Positions 14,061-28,459 of a stretch of 64,000 bases of DNA are shown here, one piece after another. The position numbers and the translations under genes were made by a program. Each line of letters opens with the position of its first letter. The first letter of the stretch is position 1. The notes beneath the pieces were generated by a model. It did no database searches. It was not told the DNA's origin and worked only from the letters and a program-made list of their open reading frames with translations. The DNA comes from Eledone cirrhosa. Lineage: Eukaryota. The stretch is taken from positions 32,302,001-32,366,000 of the forward strand of contig OZ024759.1 in NCBI GenBank assembly GCA_964016885.1, read 5' to 3'.

Positions 14061-14550
14061 GATTCTTCCTCTATATCTCTTTCTCATTTCCATTCTCTTA
14101 CTTCCTATCCCCTCTCTGGAAGAAATCTGCTTTATTCAAACATGGAGAGGAGATGGGCTCCGTCAGGTTTTAAAAAAATGCCAATATGGCGTTCCTACGA
14201 TTCTCTCAGGAGTTACGGCACCAAGCTCTCACTACCTCTCTCTCTCTCTTACTTCCCCTCTCTATCTCTTCTCCTCTCTCTCACTTCCCCCTCTCTATCT
14301 CACTTCTCCTCTCTCTTACTTCCCTTCTCTCTCTCACTTCTACTCTCTCTCTCACTTCTACTCTCTCTTACTTCCCCTCCCTCTCACTTTCCCTCTCTCT
14401 CACTTCCCCTCTCTCCATCTCTTTCAAATGTCGACTGTGTACAGATCTGGAGAGGGTGGATGGACTCCACCGGGTTTTAAAGATACCTTAGACACGCTGT
14501 ATGGAATCACGTTGCGCCTGTGACTTTATCAGAAATTACGAAGCCATACA
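14060..14550 (+). repeat. Interspersed repeat with CT-rich expansion, often following S1 SINEs
   Basis: ctctggaagaaatctgct...tggagagg...ctcc..caggtttta...tcaggagttacg also at 60515-60670; parts at 32985 and 61250. Confidence 0.55.
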
Positions 14551-15929
14551 TTAATAGGTTTCTACCTGAAATGTCGAACTCATCTCATGTACCAACACCC
14601 CACCACAGAGGTCAATGTATCCCCTGGTAAGTGAACCTCTAGACTAGAGCATAATTCATTTGATTTTCACCTGAAATATCGCTTCGTACGAGCAGTAATA
14701 TCTTATCCGGTGATAGCGGAAATTGTGTTGCCGTGAATAGAGACGACTGTTGTGTGTGATAGGGGAAGGAGCAATTGTACTGTGAAGATTAAGTAATCCC
14801 TGGAGGAGATAGAGAGAGATGGGGGAGAGGACGTGCGAAAGAGAAGAGGGGGGAAGAGGAGAAAGTGAGGAAGAGAGAGAGGAAGGAAAGACATAGAGAA
14901 GAGAGAGAGGAAAGGTAAAGATGGAGAGAGGAGTGAAGAAAGGGAGAGAGAAAGAGGAGGGAGGAAGAGAGAGAGAGAGAGAGAGGGCGAGGGAAAGAGA
15001 TAGAGAAGAGAGAGAGGGTAGGTAAACAGGGAGAGAGGAGTGAAGGAAGGGAGAGAGAGAGTTTGGTTGAGGAAAGGAAGATAGAGAGAGAAAGAAGAGA
15101 GAGAGAGAGTGGTGAAAGAAAGAAATGGAAGGAGGAACTTGGTTGGATGGCTGGTTGGTTAGTTGGTGGCAGTATGTGACTGGTAAGTAGTAATGAAGGC
15201 TAGTTCATAGCCTATAGATAACTTTATCATAGAATTCGTTCAACCAAGCGGTAGTAAGTCTTTATCGCTTTTTTATTATTACTATTATAATTATTTTCTC
15301 TTTTTTTTTTTTTTTTTGATTGATTTACCTTATGTCAGCCATTGAATGGATAACTGAAAAAAAGAATCAAGAAGGTCAGACGACACAATTTTGGAGATTC
15401 TGACGACTTTACGGACCAGTGGGTTTATATCTACTGTCAGATAAAGCTTAATGGTCTCTCAGCTACCAGACAGTAAAAAAAAAAAACAGAAAAAGAAGGA
15501 CATTTCCATCTCCCCCTTCCAAAACAAAATAGCCCAAAATATCAACTTTCAAAATGTTTCACGTATTATGCAAGATGTCTGCTGTAACACTATTTCGTCG
15601 CCATTTTCTCCATTTTTTTTTCTTCTGTTTTACTTATCCATCTATTTGACTATATACGTATCTATTTACTTAGTTATTTATCTGTTCTCTTCTGATGAAA
15701 TGTGTGGGATCGTCAGGTTGTGATTTTTTCAATTTGAGACTTACATCTCTGGTCATTAAAAAAGTTTCGAAAGAAACAAACAAATAAAGAAGGAAAATAA
15801 ATAGTTATATATAGAGAGAAACAGATTTGAAAGCACGCATATACACAAACATACCTACATATATATATGTGTGTATGCGCATATGTACGTGTGTATGTTT
15901 GTATGTGTGTATATAAATATATGTATATA

Positions 15930-16045
<116 letters not shown>

Positions 16046-16297
16046 CATGTGTATATGTATATGTGTATATATATATTAATCCTTTAGTATTTAAACCGGT
16101 CGTGTCCGTCCAGAATTCTCTCAGCTCTTTCTGTTTAAACTGGCCATAACTGGCTGCTCATTCTTGTGTTAAGGTATTGTTCTCAAAATAAATAATATCA
16201 AAATCTCATAGATTCGATATTATGTGAGATATTATGAGATAAAACCTTTACCGTGAAAATATAATAGTAAATATAGAGTAATGTAAATGCTAAAGGG

Positions 16298-16366
<69 letters not shown>

Positions 16367-16385
16367 TTATTTATATATATATATG

Positions 16386-16497
<112 letters not shown>

Positions 16498-17039
16498 TAT
16501 ATATTTATATTAATATATATTTATATATGTGTGTGTGTGCATTTGTATGTGAGCTGTTCCGGTGTGATAACTCAGATAATTTCTCACATGGGCCCCGACA
16601 TAGGAAGGTAGCTACTTAAGAAAAAAACAATAACATCCCAATAGACACAACTTGACAGTCTCTATTCATTTACTCGTTTCTCTTCAAATACTATTTCACA
16701 GCTAATTAAAAACAACGTATGAGTTGTCTACCTTGTAGAGAACTCTTATGCATTTTCCCAAATGAATTCATATAAAATAATTTAATAAACCGGAAAATTA
16801 TCTTCATTTTTGCTACCCACCTACACCCAGCCTCAGTATGAAATAGTTCTCTTTTCAAAACTCGCTTGGGGAGACAATATTATCTGTAATAAATTCATAT
16901 AAGCGCCATTTTCACCATCATCACCACCACCGACGACGTCGCCGCCGCCACTTCCGCCATGCTGTCTCATTAGACACACAAACGGGCAGGGACATATATC
17001 TTAATACTCGCAATGAGACACAAAGAAAGACACAAACAC

Positions 17040-17125
<86 letters not shown>

Positions 17126-17215
17126 GAGTGGCGCCGGTAAGGTATTATCAGCCACTAAAAAGAAAAAAACAAAATATATATATATATATGTATATGGGTC
17201 TGCGTGTATACATAC

Positions 17216-17276
<61 letters not shown>

Positions 17277-17329
17277 CTCTTTTACCTGTTCCAGCCATCC
17301 GGCTGAGGACGTGCTGGGACACCGCCCTT

Positions 17330-17334
17330 AAAAA
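17330..17334 (-). terminator. Pol III oligo-T terminator of 5S
   Basis: TTTTT on the minus strand, 5 nt past the 5S 3' end. Confidence 0.65.
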
Positions 17335-17339
17335 GTAAA

Positions 17340-17628
<289 letters not shown>

Positions 17629-17877
17629 CGTATTTAAGAAAGCCACAACAATGCAAAGGGAAATCTCGAGGTAGGAAGTGAAATATAGATAGGAAAAACA
17701 GGTGAAAGTGAAAATTGAGAGAGACAAAGATGAAAACAAAACAAAGGTAGAAGGGTACCGTAGTAGAGATTTAATCCCAATATTTCGGGCTCACGCCCAT
17801 CAACGGGGGAAAAGTTCCAAAAGGGGGGAAACAGGCCAAGCGGAGAAAGTTGTGAAGTCGTTAAGACAGGAATGCCG

Positions 17878-17983
<106 letters not shown>

Positions 17984-18009
17984 TACATATATATATATAT
18001 ATATATATA

Positions 18010-18200
18010 AAGACGATTTGTTGTGTATTCGTTACGTATATTGAGTAGTGACGCGCATTTCGCTATTGATCAGCTGAAGGTTCGATCTGTATTGACCTAA
18101 CTCGAACCTTGAGCTGACCAATAGCATAAATACAAGTCATTGATATTAAATAATTATTTATTCTTTCATTTCTACGCCCGTTTCAATGCGGTCATAATAT
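18010..18200. mobile_element. Family G fold-back remnant
   Basis: gctattgatcagctgaaggttcga / tcgaaccttgagctgaccaatagc inverted pair; minus GAAATGCGCGTC. Homologues at 53410 and 61347. Confidence 0.6.
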
Positions 18201-18229
18201 CACATTTAAATAAGCAATCAAATTATTTG

Positions 18230-18263
<34 letters not shown>

Positions 18264-18275
18264 TATTATTGTTAC

Positions 18276-18323
<48 letters not shown>

Positions 18324-18439
18324 TTGCAGAATGTCTTCCATAACGGTGCAGTGTAATGACAGATGCTGGAATGTATATGAAGAGCCGCAAAGACCAACAT
18401 TTCTATCTACGCTGCCTCAATTATAGTCGAGTTGAAGTA

Positions 18440-18504
<65 letters not shown>

Positions 18505-18511
18505 CATACAT

Positions 18512-18618
<107 letters not shown>

Positions 18619-18720
18619 GTAAAGAGAGGGGACCCCAACGGCGGGACTCCTGCCGTTTCAATATATATATATATATAAAAAACAAAGAATGAACAACCAT
18701 TTTTATTAAAGCATTTAATG

Positions 18721-18787
18721 GACTTACGATCGTTTCGTTAGACTAACAAGAATATTCCATTCCTGTTAAAATAAACTCCTCAGAATC
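18721..18787 (-). ncRNA. Type I hammerhead ribozyme motif
   Basis: Minus: gatt-CTGAGGA-gtt..taacaggaat ggaat attcttgtta..aac-GAAA-cgatc-GTA-agtc; palindromic ACGATCGT stem III. Lies in the TA-flanked island 18676-18975. Confidence 0.75.
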
Positions 18788-18992
18788 AATTAAATATAAA
18801 TACCTTACATGCTCAAGACCTGCGGTGAAAGATCGAAAAACGTAAAATATTAGCTATATAACAAAGAGGAACTTACACGCGGGGTAAATACCAAATTACA
18901 ACCGTTATCCAAACCTATTCAACTCTACATCCGTGTTGAGTTCTCCTTCTCAAGTTAGTCAATAATAAACGTGTATATAATATATACATATA

Positions 18993-19054
<62 letters not shown>

Positions 19055-19143
19055 TTTACATTTATTGTGGCTAAATAGTGAGTCTTGTTACTCTGGAGTT
19101 TCACCTGAGCCCTGAATTTGAATCTTTTCTATTGTTCGTCAAT

Positions 19144-19174
<31 letters not shown>

Positions 19175-19226
19175 TTACGTACGACCTACCATACATCTTG
19201 CTTATATATATATATATATATATAAA

Positions 19227-19264
<38 letters not shown>

Positions 19265-19345
19265 ATATAACATATATACTATATAGATAATATATAATAT
19301 AATATGATATAATATAATATTATATTATATATATATATATAATAT

Positions 19346-19429
<84 letters not shown>

Positions 19430-19684
19430 GAAGTATAATGAATATGAGTCGCGAGAGAATTGAAGTGTTTATTCGTGCGGAGGGAGAAGGAAAAAGAGAA
19501 GGAAACACAGAAAGAGTAGAATCAACAGTTTGAATTGTATCTCATCAATATTTATGGCATGGGTGAACATCTATGGCTACCAACAACAACTACAACAATA
19601 TACTACTCATTATAAACATTATCTAAATCATCATCAGCAGCATTGACGTTGTTATGTTCATATAGTTTATTATCAATACTATCG

Positions 19685-19743
<59 letters not shown>

Positions 19744-19877
19744 TTATTATTATTATTATTATTATTATTATCATTATTATTTGATTTTTTTTTTTAAAAC
19801 GTAGTCTTAATATACATCTGCACACATATATTCACACACATACATACACACACGATCCTTAATAAAAGCTTGCGTAC

Positions 19878-19915
<38 letters not shown>

Positions 19916-19994
19916 ATGCACACATACATACATCAAAACAATCACATATTCCCACACACACATTGAAACATACTTAGATACATACATACATACA

Positions 19995-20025
<31 letters not shown>

Positions 20026-20110
20026 TCATATACATACATACATACATACATACATATTCATATTCATACATACATTCATACATACATACATTCATTCATT
20101 CATACATACA

Positions 20111-20141
<31 letters not shown>

Positions 20142-20250
20142 TCATATACATACATATTCATATACATACATACATTCATACATACATATTCATATACATA
20201 CATACATTCATACATACATACATTCATTCATACTTATATACATACATACA

Positions 20251-20281
<31 letters not shown>

Positions 20282-21034
20282 TCATACGTACATACATACA
20301 CAATACACACATACGTATATATTTTCTTTTAAAAAAACTAAAGTATGTCTGAATATCATCTGAAAAAAATCTTTCTAAATGAAAATTTATTTGCGTGAAT
20401 TCAAGAGGAATTATTTTCTATTTATTACAAAATAAACGAAACAAAAGTCAAAGCAAAACAAAAAATTGCTAATTTACCAAACTATGCAGAAGGAATTATG
20501 CAAATAGTATAGATGCAGAGCTGTATATATTAAACATATATACAAAAGGGTTGTGTGTAATATGTATGTATACATATATATTTCTAGGAATACTTCAAAA
20601 GAACTGTAAGAATATGAAGCCATATCGTGTTTCGATAATATAATTATATTTATTTTTACGGTTTTTCCGCCATTTTGAAGAATTACAAATACAAATACAC
20701 ATACATATTTTCTATAAATATTTCAACAACAACAACAACAAAATCAGGAAGAAAAACAAATAAATGAAAAATAAATTTCACTGAAAAGCTTTCTAAAGAA
20801 GATTTTGTCTCATAATAGCTGCTTCAAAAAATAAGAAATATTTTATTAATAGAAACACAAACAAAACAGCCGTTTAAATGTGAATAAACGTAAAGAAATA
20901 CCTGCGGTATACTGTTTGTATGTGGTTGGCAAACGAGTTAAAATACTTCTTGCGTGCTTGTAAAAAGAAACAGCATTGCTGATTATAAAATAAGAACTTT
21001 TTAATTTCCTTACCTCATCTGCCTCCTGACGTGA

Positions 21035-21078
<44 letters not shown>

Positions 21079-21234
21079 TTTATATAATTATATATATATA
21101 TATATAATTATATATATAATTTTATATATATATATATATAATTATTTATATAATTATATATATATAATTATATATATATATATATATAATTATATATATA
21201 TATAATTATTTATATAATTATATATATATATATA

Positions 21235-21328
<94 letters not shown>

Positions 21329-21455
21329 TATTCATCTTGTTGAAAGTGAAATCTGTTCTGCCTTACTATAATATATAAACATTACATTTTGAATATGAAT
21401 TGAACAGCCTCCAACCAACCAACCAACCACCAACACCACCACCACCACCACCACC

Positions 21456-21528
<73 letters not shown>

Positions 21529-21765
21529 AACAACGTCGTCAAAAGATTCCATATCGTTCAGATTATATATAATTGTGATAAATATCAACAGAAAACATAA
21601 ACGTGAAAAAATATAATTCGCCAAAATAAAAAAAGGAAATTATGATAATAATGGTAAATTCATTTGAAACGATAATGCATATATATATATGCATTAATCT
21701 TAAAATTGATCTCCTAGAATTTTAAGAATATTTAAAAGACATACATACAATACATACATATATAT

Positions 21766-21831
<66 letters not shown>

Positions 21832-22798
21832 CAAAACGTTTCTTACAAACACCGTTGTATATCGTCCACTCTGTGGTTGATTACAATATTCAGTTCAGAA
21901 AAATATAAAGAAATAAGCTAAGCATAAAGAACGGGACCAAGAAGGAAAACACAAATATATATTTAAAGAGAAAATGTATGATGGAAATTGCTCATCTCCA
22001 TTTTGGAAATTTGAGAGATATTGCAGCTTGAGGTTGTGATTGGTCATGATTTAGAACGGATAAAAAGTATTTAATATGGAATATCTGCCATAAAATATTT
22101 TGTATTTGGAAGATATTTTTTTTTTTTTTTTTTTTTTTGCAGACTAAGCTGTTTTTCTAAAGAAAAAAAAAATGATAAATAAAAGAAACTAAAAGCTATC
22201 TAAATTGTATATTTGTCAGCCATTTTGAAAATATTATATTTATCTCGTCTAAGCGTCTGTTCGATCTGTAAATCCTACACTTTGACTAAAAGGGGCCTAC
22301 ACTTCCACCGAAATAAATTGGAATAAAAGAAAAAGAAAAAAAAACAATTTTTTAAATTTATTCTTCGCTTATGAGGTCACAATACGACCGAAATGTTGTC
22401 CGGAGTTGTCTCTCGTATTTGCCGGGAAAATGAAAAAAAATTATATCATCGTCTAAAATCGTTTCTTTTCTACTGTATAATTATTTGTAATTAGCTTTCC
22501 AATGCTCCCATGCCTTAAATATGTTCACACTAACTTACTCAAATGATAAATGTTGTTTTGAACTAAACTTACTAGTATTGGTTTAGTAATTCATGGATAA
22601 TAAGTATTATTGAAATGACTGTTGGAAAATTGTCAACGTATCAACTATTATTCTTCGTCGGAATCCTTTCCTTCAACTTTTCTGGATACCTTTTTTTCCC
22701 GTTTATATTTCTATTCACCATACGTTCTAATGCAAGAGGAAGCTAAGTGAACTATTAATGCTTTTGCTGTTGAACGAGCCCACTGGGTTTGACTCACA

Positions 22799-24508
22799 AT
22801 GGACACCAAGCCGGAATGTGTAACCGCTGGTGACCTCTGGTCCGACATCAGAACCGTGAAATTCGGCGTGCTTCTTGTTATCCTGCTATCTGTAAATTTC
22901 CTAGTTATAGCTGGGAACATTCTGGTTGTGGTGACAGTTGCTAAGTGCAAAAAGCTTCGAAGTGTTACGAACTTGTTTATTGTGTCGTTGGCGTTTGCTG
23001 ACCTTTTTCTGGGCATTGCAATCCTACCGTTCGCCACAGTGTTGGAGCTAATACACGTGTGGATCTTTGGCAGTGCATGGTGTAGCATTTGGCTAGCCAT
23101 CGATATATGGTTGTCCACAGCTTCAATTCTGAACTTAATGGCCATCAGCCTTGATCGTTATATCGCAGTTATGCACCCTATTCGTTACCCGAGCCTCATG
23201 TCACGAAGAAGGGCCAAAATACTGATCGCTATAGTTTGGGTCCTAGCTTTTATTGTCTGTATGCCTGCATTGATCAACTGGGGGACGAATATTAAGACGT
23301 CTAAGACCGCAAACCGGAACTATTCAATGGACGCTTTATCTGGCCTTTATCTACAAAATAATAGCCATCATTTTGCAGTGCTGCCCGATACCTACGATTA
23401 TGAGGGCAGTGCGGGTATTGAGATGGAACACATATCTACTAACTGTACGGATTTATCGTATCTCTCTTGTGTGTTGACTACTTCGAAAGGTTATCGAATC
23501 TACTCATCGATCGGTTCCTTCTATTTGCCGATGTGCGTCATGGCATTTTTCTACATAAGAATCTATAAAACCGCTGTTGAAACGGCCGCTGCTCTGCGTA
23601 AGGGGACTTTAACTACGAAAACAGACGGCGAAAACGCGGCAAATAACATGGCGATCACGTTGCGAATTCATCGTGGCCGCGGTTACAACAATACGACAAA
23701 CTGGAAGGACAAGAAAAGAAAAGAAAAGGACAAAGATGTTCATTGTGATGACGACAACAATCCTCAGGCGAAAAAACACAAGAAAAACACGCAACAAACT
23801 ATATCTCATAGAAAAACTAAAATTAAGAAGAAACTGAACAGCGAAAAGACGTGTTCCAAGGGATACGTGCACACATTTAAGAGATTTCACAGCCCCAAAT
23901 TCCCGCTAATGTCACCTGTAAATGTGAATATGAGTAGCCCCTTAACACAGGTATGCAAGAACCCGTCAGTGGATACTGCGTCTATTTCCAGCGGTAGTGA
24001 CATTATCGAAATGAACCAAACCGCTTATGAACTCAACGAACAAAGCAACAACTCAGAAGAGAAACAAAAACTGGGACTATTGACGCCCGGAGATCAAGCC
24101 CGCCGACGATCGGCGGGATTTAACTTCAAAGTGGTCCGTAAACACGCTAAAACCAACCGAAGTAAGTTTAAACGAGAAACTAAAGCTGCTAAGACACTAG
24201 CTATTATTGTTGGCGCATTCATGCTGTGCTGGCTACCCTTTTTCACAATGTATTTAATCGAGGCGTTTTGTATAGACTGTATACCGCCGCTTATGTTCTC
24301 AATATTTATTTGGCTAGGTTACTGTAACTCTGCCTTAAACCCTTGTATCTACGCCATGTTTTCTCGCGACTTCCGGTTCGCATTTAAAATGATGCTGACG
24401 TGCCGGAAATACACGTTCCACAATGCTAAGGAAAATACCAGCCATGTCCAACGCAGCACACAAATTCATTCGGTTCTCAGAGAAAGTGACAGCCTATCAG
24501 AATTTTAA
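22799..24508 (+). CDS. Class A aminergic GPCR, alpha-adrenergic-like octopamine receptor (OAMB/Oct-alpha1R-like), single exon, 569 aa
   Basis: Seven TM segments; GN, LAxAD, D3.32 (WLAID), DRY, TM5 YSSIGSFY, LRIHRGR, ETKAAKTLAIIVG, CWLPFFTMYL, WLGYCNSALNPCIY, FSRDFRFAF; in-frame TGA at 22790 upstream of the ATG. Confidence 0.93.
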   Translation: MDTKPECVTAGDLWSDIRTVKFGVLLVILLSVNFLVIAGNILVVVTVAKCKKLRSVTNLFIVSLAFADLFLGIAILPFATVLELIHVWIFGSAWCSIWLAIDIWLSTASILNLMAISLDRYIAVMHPIRYPSLMSRRRAKILIAIVWVLAFIVCMPALINWGTNIKTSKTANRNYSMDALSGLYLQNNSHHFAVLPDTYDYEGSAGIEMEHISTNCTDLSYLSCVLTTSKGYRIYSSIGSFYLPMCVMAFFYIRIYKTAVETAAALRKGTLTTKTDGENAANNMAITLRIHRGRGYNNTTNWKDKKRKEKDKDVHCDDDNNPQAKKHKKNTQQTISHRKTKIKKKLNSEKTCSKGYVHTFKRFHSPKFPLMSPVNVNMSSPLTQVCKNPSVDTASISSGSDIIEMNQTAYELNEQSNNSEEKQKLGLLTPGDQARRRSAGFNFKVVRKHAKTNRSKFKRETKAAKTLAIIVGAFMLCWLPFFTMYLIEAFCIDCIPPLMFSIFIWLGYCNSALNPCIYAMFSRDFRFAFKMMLTCRKYTFHNAKENTSHVQRSTQIHSVLRESDSLSEF

Positions 24509-25317
24509 TACGAACTGTTTAACTCATTTCATACTTTCCATTTCTCACCCCCTCTCTCTCTCTCTCTGTCTCTCTCTCTTTCTTCTTCCTTCCATTTACT
24601 TGTACATACATACATATATACATACATATGTATGTATATATATATGTGTGTGTATATAGATAATATATGTATATATAGATATGTTTGGGTGTAAATATAA
24701 ATATGTATGTATATATATGTGTGTGTGTGCATGTATATATATATATATACACATATGTGTGTGTATCTATATCTATCTATTATATCTATCTATTATATAT
24801 ATATATATATATACATACATATCTAACCTTCTCTCTCTCACTCTTTCTCTCTTCCTCATTATATGTTGAATATATCACATAATACAGCACAAATGTTATA
24901 ATATATGTTGTTTGTTATATATCTGTAAGTGTATATATATATATATATATGTTTATGTACCAGACAAATCCCTCATTGTATTCCAGCTCTTGGACGAGGG
25001 CCGGGCCTTTCGTAACCCCCCCCCCCCCCGAAAAAAGCACTACCTTCAATCTTTGGACCAAAATTTTCTTACGAAAGCTTGATCTCGAATTTTGTACCTT
25101 GTTTATTTATATTTTCTCGACCCCTACCACTAATTCATGCCCCACCCCTCCTTTCTCAAATTGTTTTCGTCATCGTCCTCTGTTTCCCGTTCGCAGTCTC
25201 GCGAGAGGACGAGTATGGATAATATATTTATAAGCATGAGTGTGCATATTCCTATGTGGTTATGTATCTGTCACATCTTAATTTTCTTAATGTATATATA
25301 TCTTTCTACATTTATAT

Positions 25318-25383
<66 letters not shown>

Positions 25384-25401
25384 ATGTGTATATATAATGC
25401 G

Positions 25402-25460
<59 letters not shown>

Positions 25461-25550
25461 TACATATATATATTATATATATGTGTGTATATATATAATT
25501 GAACATTGCATATATATATATATATATACTGTATATATATAATTGTACAT

Positions 25551-25605
<55 letters not shown>

Positions 25606-25821
25606 AGATATAAACTACATATGTTGTCATATCCCCCAGTCACGAATTATGGTTCTTAAATGTAAACGAAACGAACACTAACGTTCACAGTGAAGACAAA
25701 AGTCGGACATTTTGTTTGAAACATGTTTTATGTAATTCGGAAAAGGCGGCATAATCTATATGGTTGAGATATCTTAAGAAACTACGTATGCAAAAATTAA
25801 ACAGCCATGAAGACATACATA

Positions 25822-25923
<102 letters not shown>

Positions 25924-25932
25924 CGCACACAC

Positions 25933-25975
<43 letters not shown>

Positions 25976-26110
25976 GATGTATGTATGTATGTATATATGT
26001 GTGTGTGTGTGTGTGTGTACTTAGTACTATTTGTACACATGTACGTCAATAAATCTGTGCATGGTTAAATATACATTATAAACACCTATATATATATATA
26101 TATATATATA

Positions 26111-26378
26111 ATAATATATGTAGAAATAAACACAGTAAATTCTGTCTAAAATTACGAGAGTACAAAATACCACAATTGTTTTATATATTTAACCTGAAAC
26201 ATACAGTAAGATATAAAATGTTATATACAGACCCTATCAATAACCATTTCTTCTTTCGGACACAGAATTTACTCTGTTTATTTCTACATATATTATTATA
26301 TAATGCTCAGTATTTATACTTTGAGCTTGTTAATTTCAGGGTATCTATATGAGTTAATAACTCTATATTTTATTTGTA
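26111..26378 (+). mobile_element. Fold-back element in (TA)n, no intact ribozyme seen
   Basis: About 36-bp inverted arms ataatatatgtagaaataaacacagtaaattctgt (26111) and acagaatttactctgtttatttctacatatattat (26262), plus an ~80-nt tail. Confidence 0.55.
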
Positions 26379-26664
26379 TATATATATATATATATAAACG
26401 GAAAAAATGAAACGATATTTCATTTCCCACTCTTATATATATATATATGTGTGTATATATTTATATACATATATGTATATATATATATACATATATGTAT
26501 ATATATGTATGAATATATGTACGTATGTGTGTATAATGTATGTATAACAAGTTTAAAATGTCATAGGATTTTACAATATTTTCAACGTATCACAGTGGTT
26601 TGCATTGTATTTTATTATATACATATTATATTGTACATTACATCGTATTGTTGTTATTGTTGTC

Positions 26665-26729
<65 letters not shown>

Positions 26730-27727
26730 CACCATAATTACTACAATTATTATTGTTGTTATTATTATCATCATTGTTATTATTATAGAGTTATTTTTAC
26801 TATTATCGTTGTTACTGTTTTATTATTCTTCTATTAAACCTTATTCATGGTTTTGTTGGGGTTTTTGTTGTTGTTGTATTACGGACACCTCCATTTTTTT
26901 TTTTTCCCATATACGATCGTCTGCTTTTATGGTTCAAAAAGATTGTTTAATGTTTACTTCAGTTCATTGTGTGTTCAACTTTTGTTTATCTACGATGAGA
27001 TTCTTTTTCGTTTTATTTCTCTTTCTTTGGTTTCTATTTTCTATTTTATTATCTCCCTTTGTCAGTGCTACACTGCTCTCTATTTTTCTTTCAGTGATTC
27101 TGTTTTTGTTTTGTTGCTTCCTTGTTACTTTTCTTGTTGATCTTTCTTGTTTTATTTACATTTTTAACGTTTTGCTACGTTATTTTACGGGTCTTTCTTT
27201 CTGTTTTATTTTTGTGATTTTATTTTTAATGATTTTATTTGAATTTTGTTTGTTTTATGTTGAAAGTGATTGGAACTGCAGTCTATAACATTTTTATTGT
27301 ATTTTTGTTATTTTTATATCATTATAGTTACATTTTTATAGTTTTTTTTTGTTATTTTTATATCATTATAGTTACATTTTTATTGTTTTTGTTATTTTCA
27401 TATATTTATTGTTATAGTTATATTGTTATTTGTTATTGAAATTGTTTTGTTTCGTTTTTCGTTTTGGCTTTTTTAAAAAACGGCCGTTCTGTTGTTCCAG
27501 AAACTTCACTTCTCCCTATTTTCATTTATATTTGTGGATTTTTTAAAAACAATGTTCTTTCTCTTTAATGAATAAATGAAAATATATATAAAGTATATTA
27601 AGTATATGTATATATATATATATATATATTAAGTATATATATATTATGTATACATACATATTATGTATATACATTTATATATATTAGGTATATATATCTA
27701 TGTATATATATATATATATTATGTATG

Positions 27728-27768
<41 letters not shown>

Positions 27769-27892
27769 TACGTATCTGTATATTTTATGTATATATAAAT
27801 ATATATATATATATCATGTGTATATATATATATATTACGTATATGTATATATTATGTATATATCTATATATATATTATGTATATATATATAT

Positions 27893-27987
<95 letters not shown>

Positions 27988-28008
27988 TTATGTACATATA
28001 TAGGTACA

Positions 28009-28040
<32 letters not shown>

Positions 28041-28057
28041 CATACATACATATATAA

Positions 28058-28096
<39 letters not shown>

Positions 28097-28119
28097 CATA
28101 CATAATATATGTATATATC

Positions 28120-28151
<32 letters not shown>

Positions 28152-28175
28152 CATAATATATATATATATATATAC

Positions 28176-28222
<47 letters not shown>

Positions 28223-28459
28223 CATTAAGTAAATAAATACACCTACTCCCTTCCACATTTCTCCTCTTACTACTACCCATCGCTGCCAAGCAAAAAGAAG
28301 AGAAATACGAAAAAGAAAATAAATAATAAGTTATAAATAAATATATAAATGATAATAAACAAAAATACGAAAGATAAACAAAACCGAAGAAAAGAAGAGA
28401 AAAAAAATAAACCGGAAATTTATTGAGTTGTGTTCACTTGATTCCCTTCTCTTTAATCA

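Noticed and set aside
22711-23145. 144-aa antisense ORF over the GPCR
   Set aside because: Shadow frame with no recognisable motifs.
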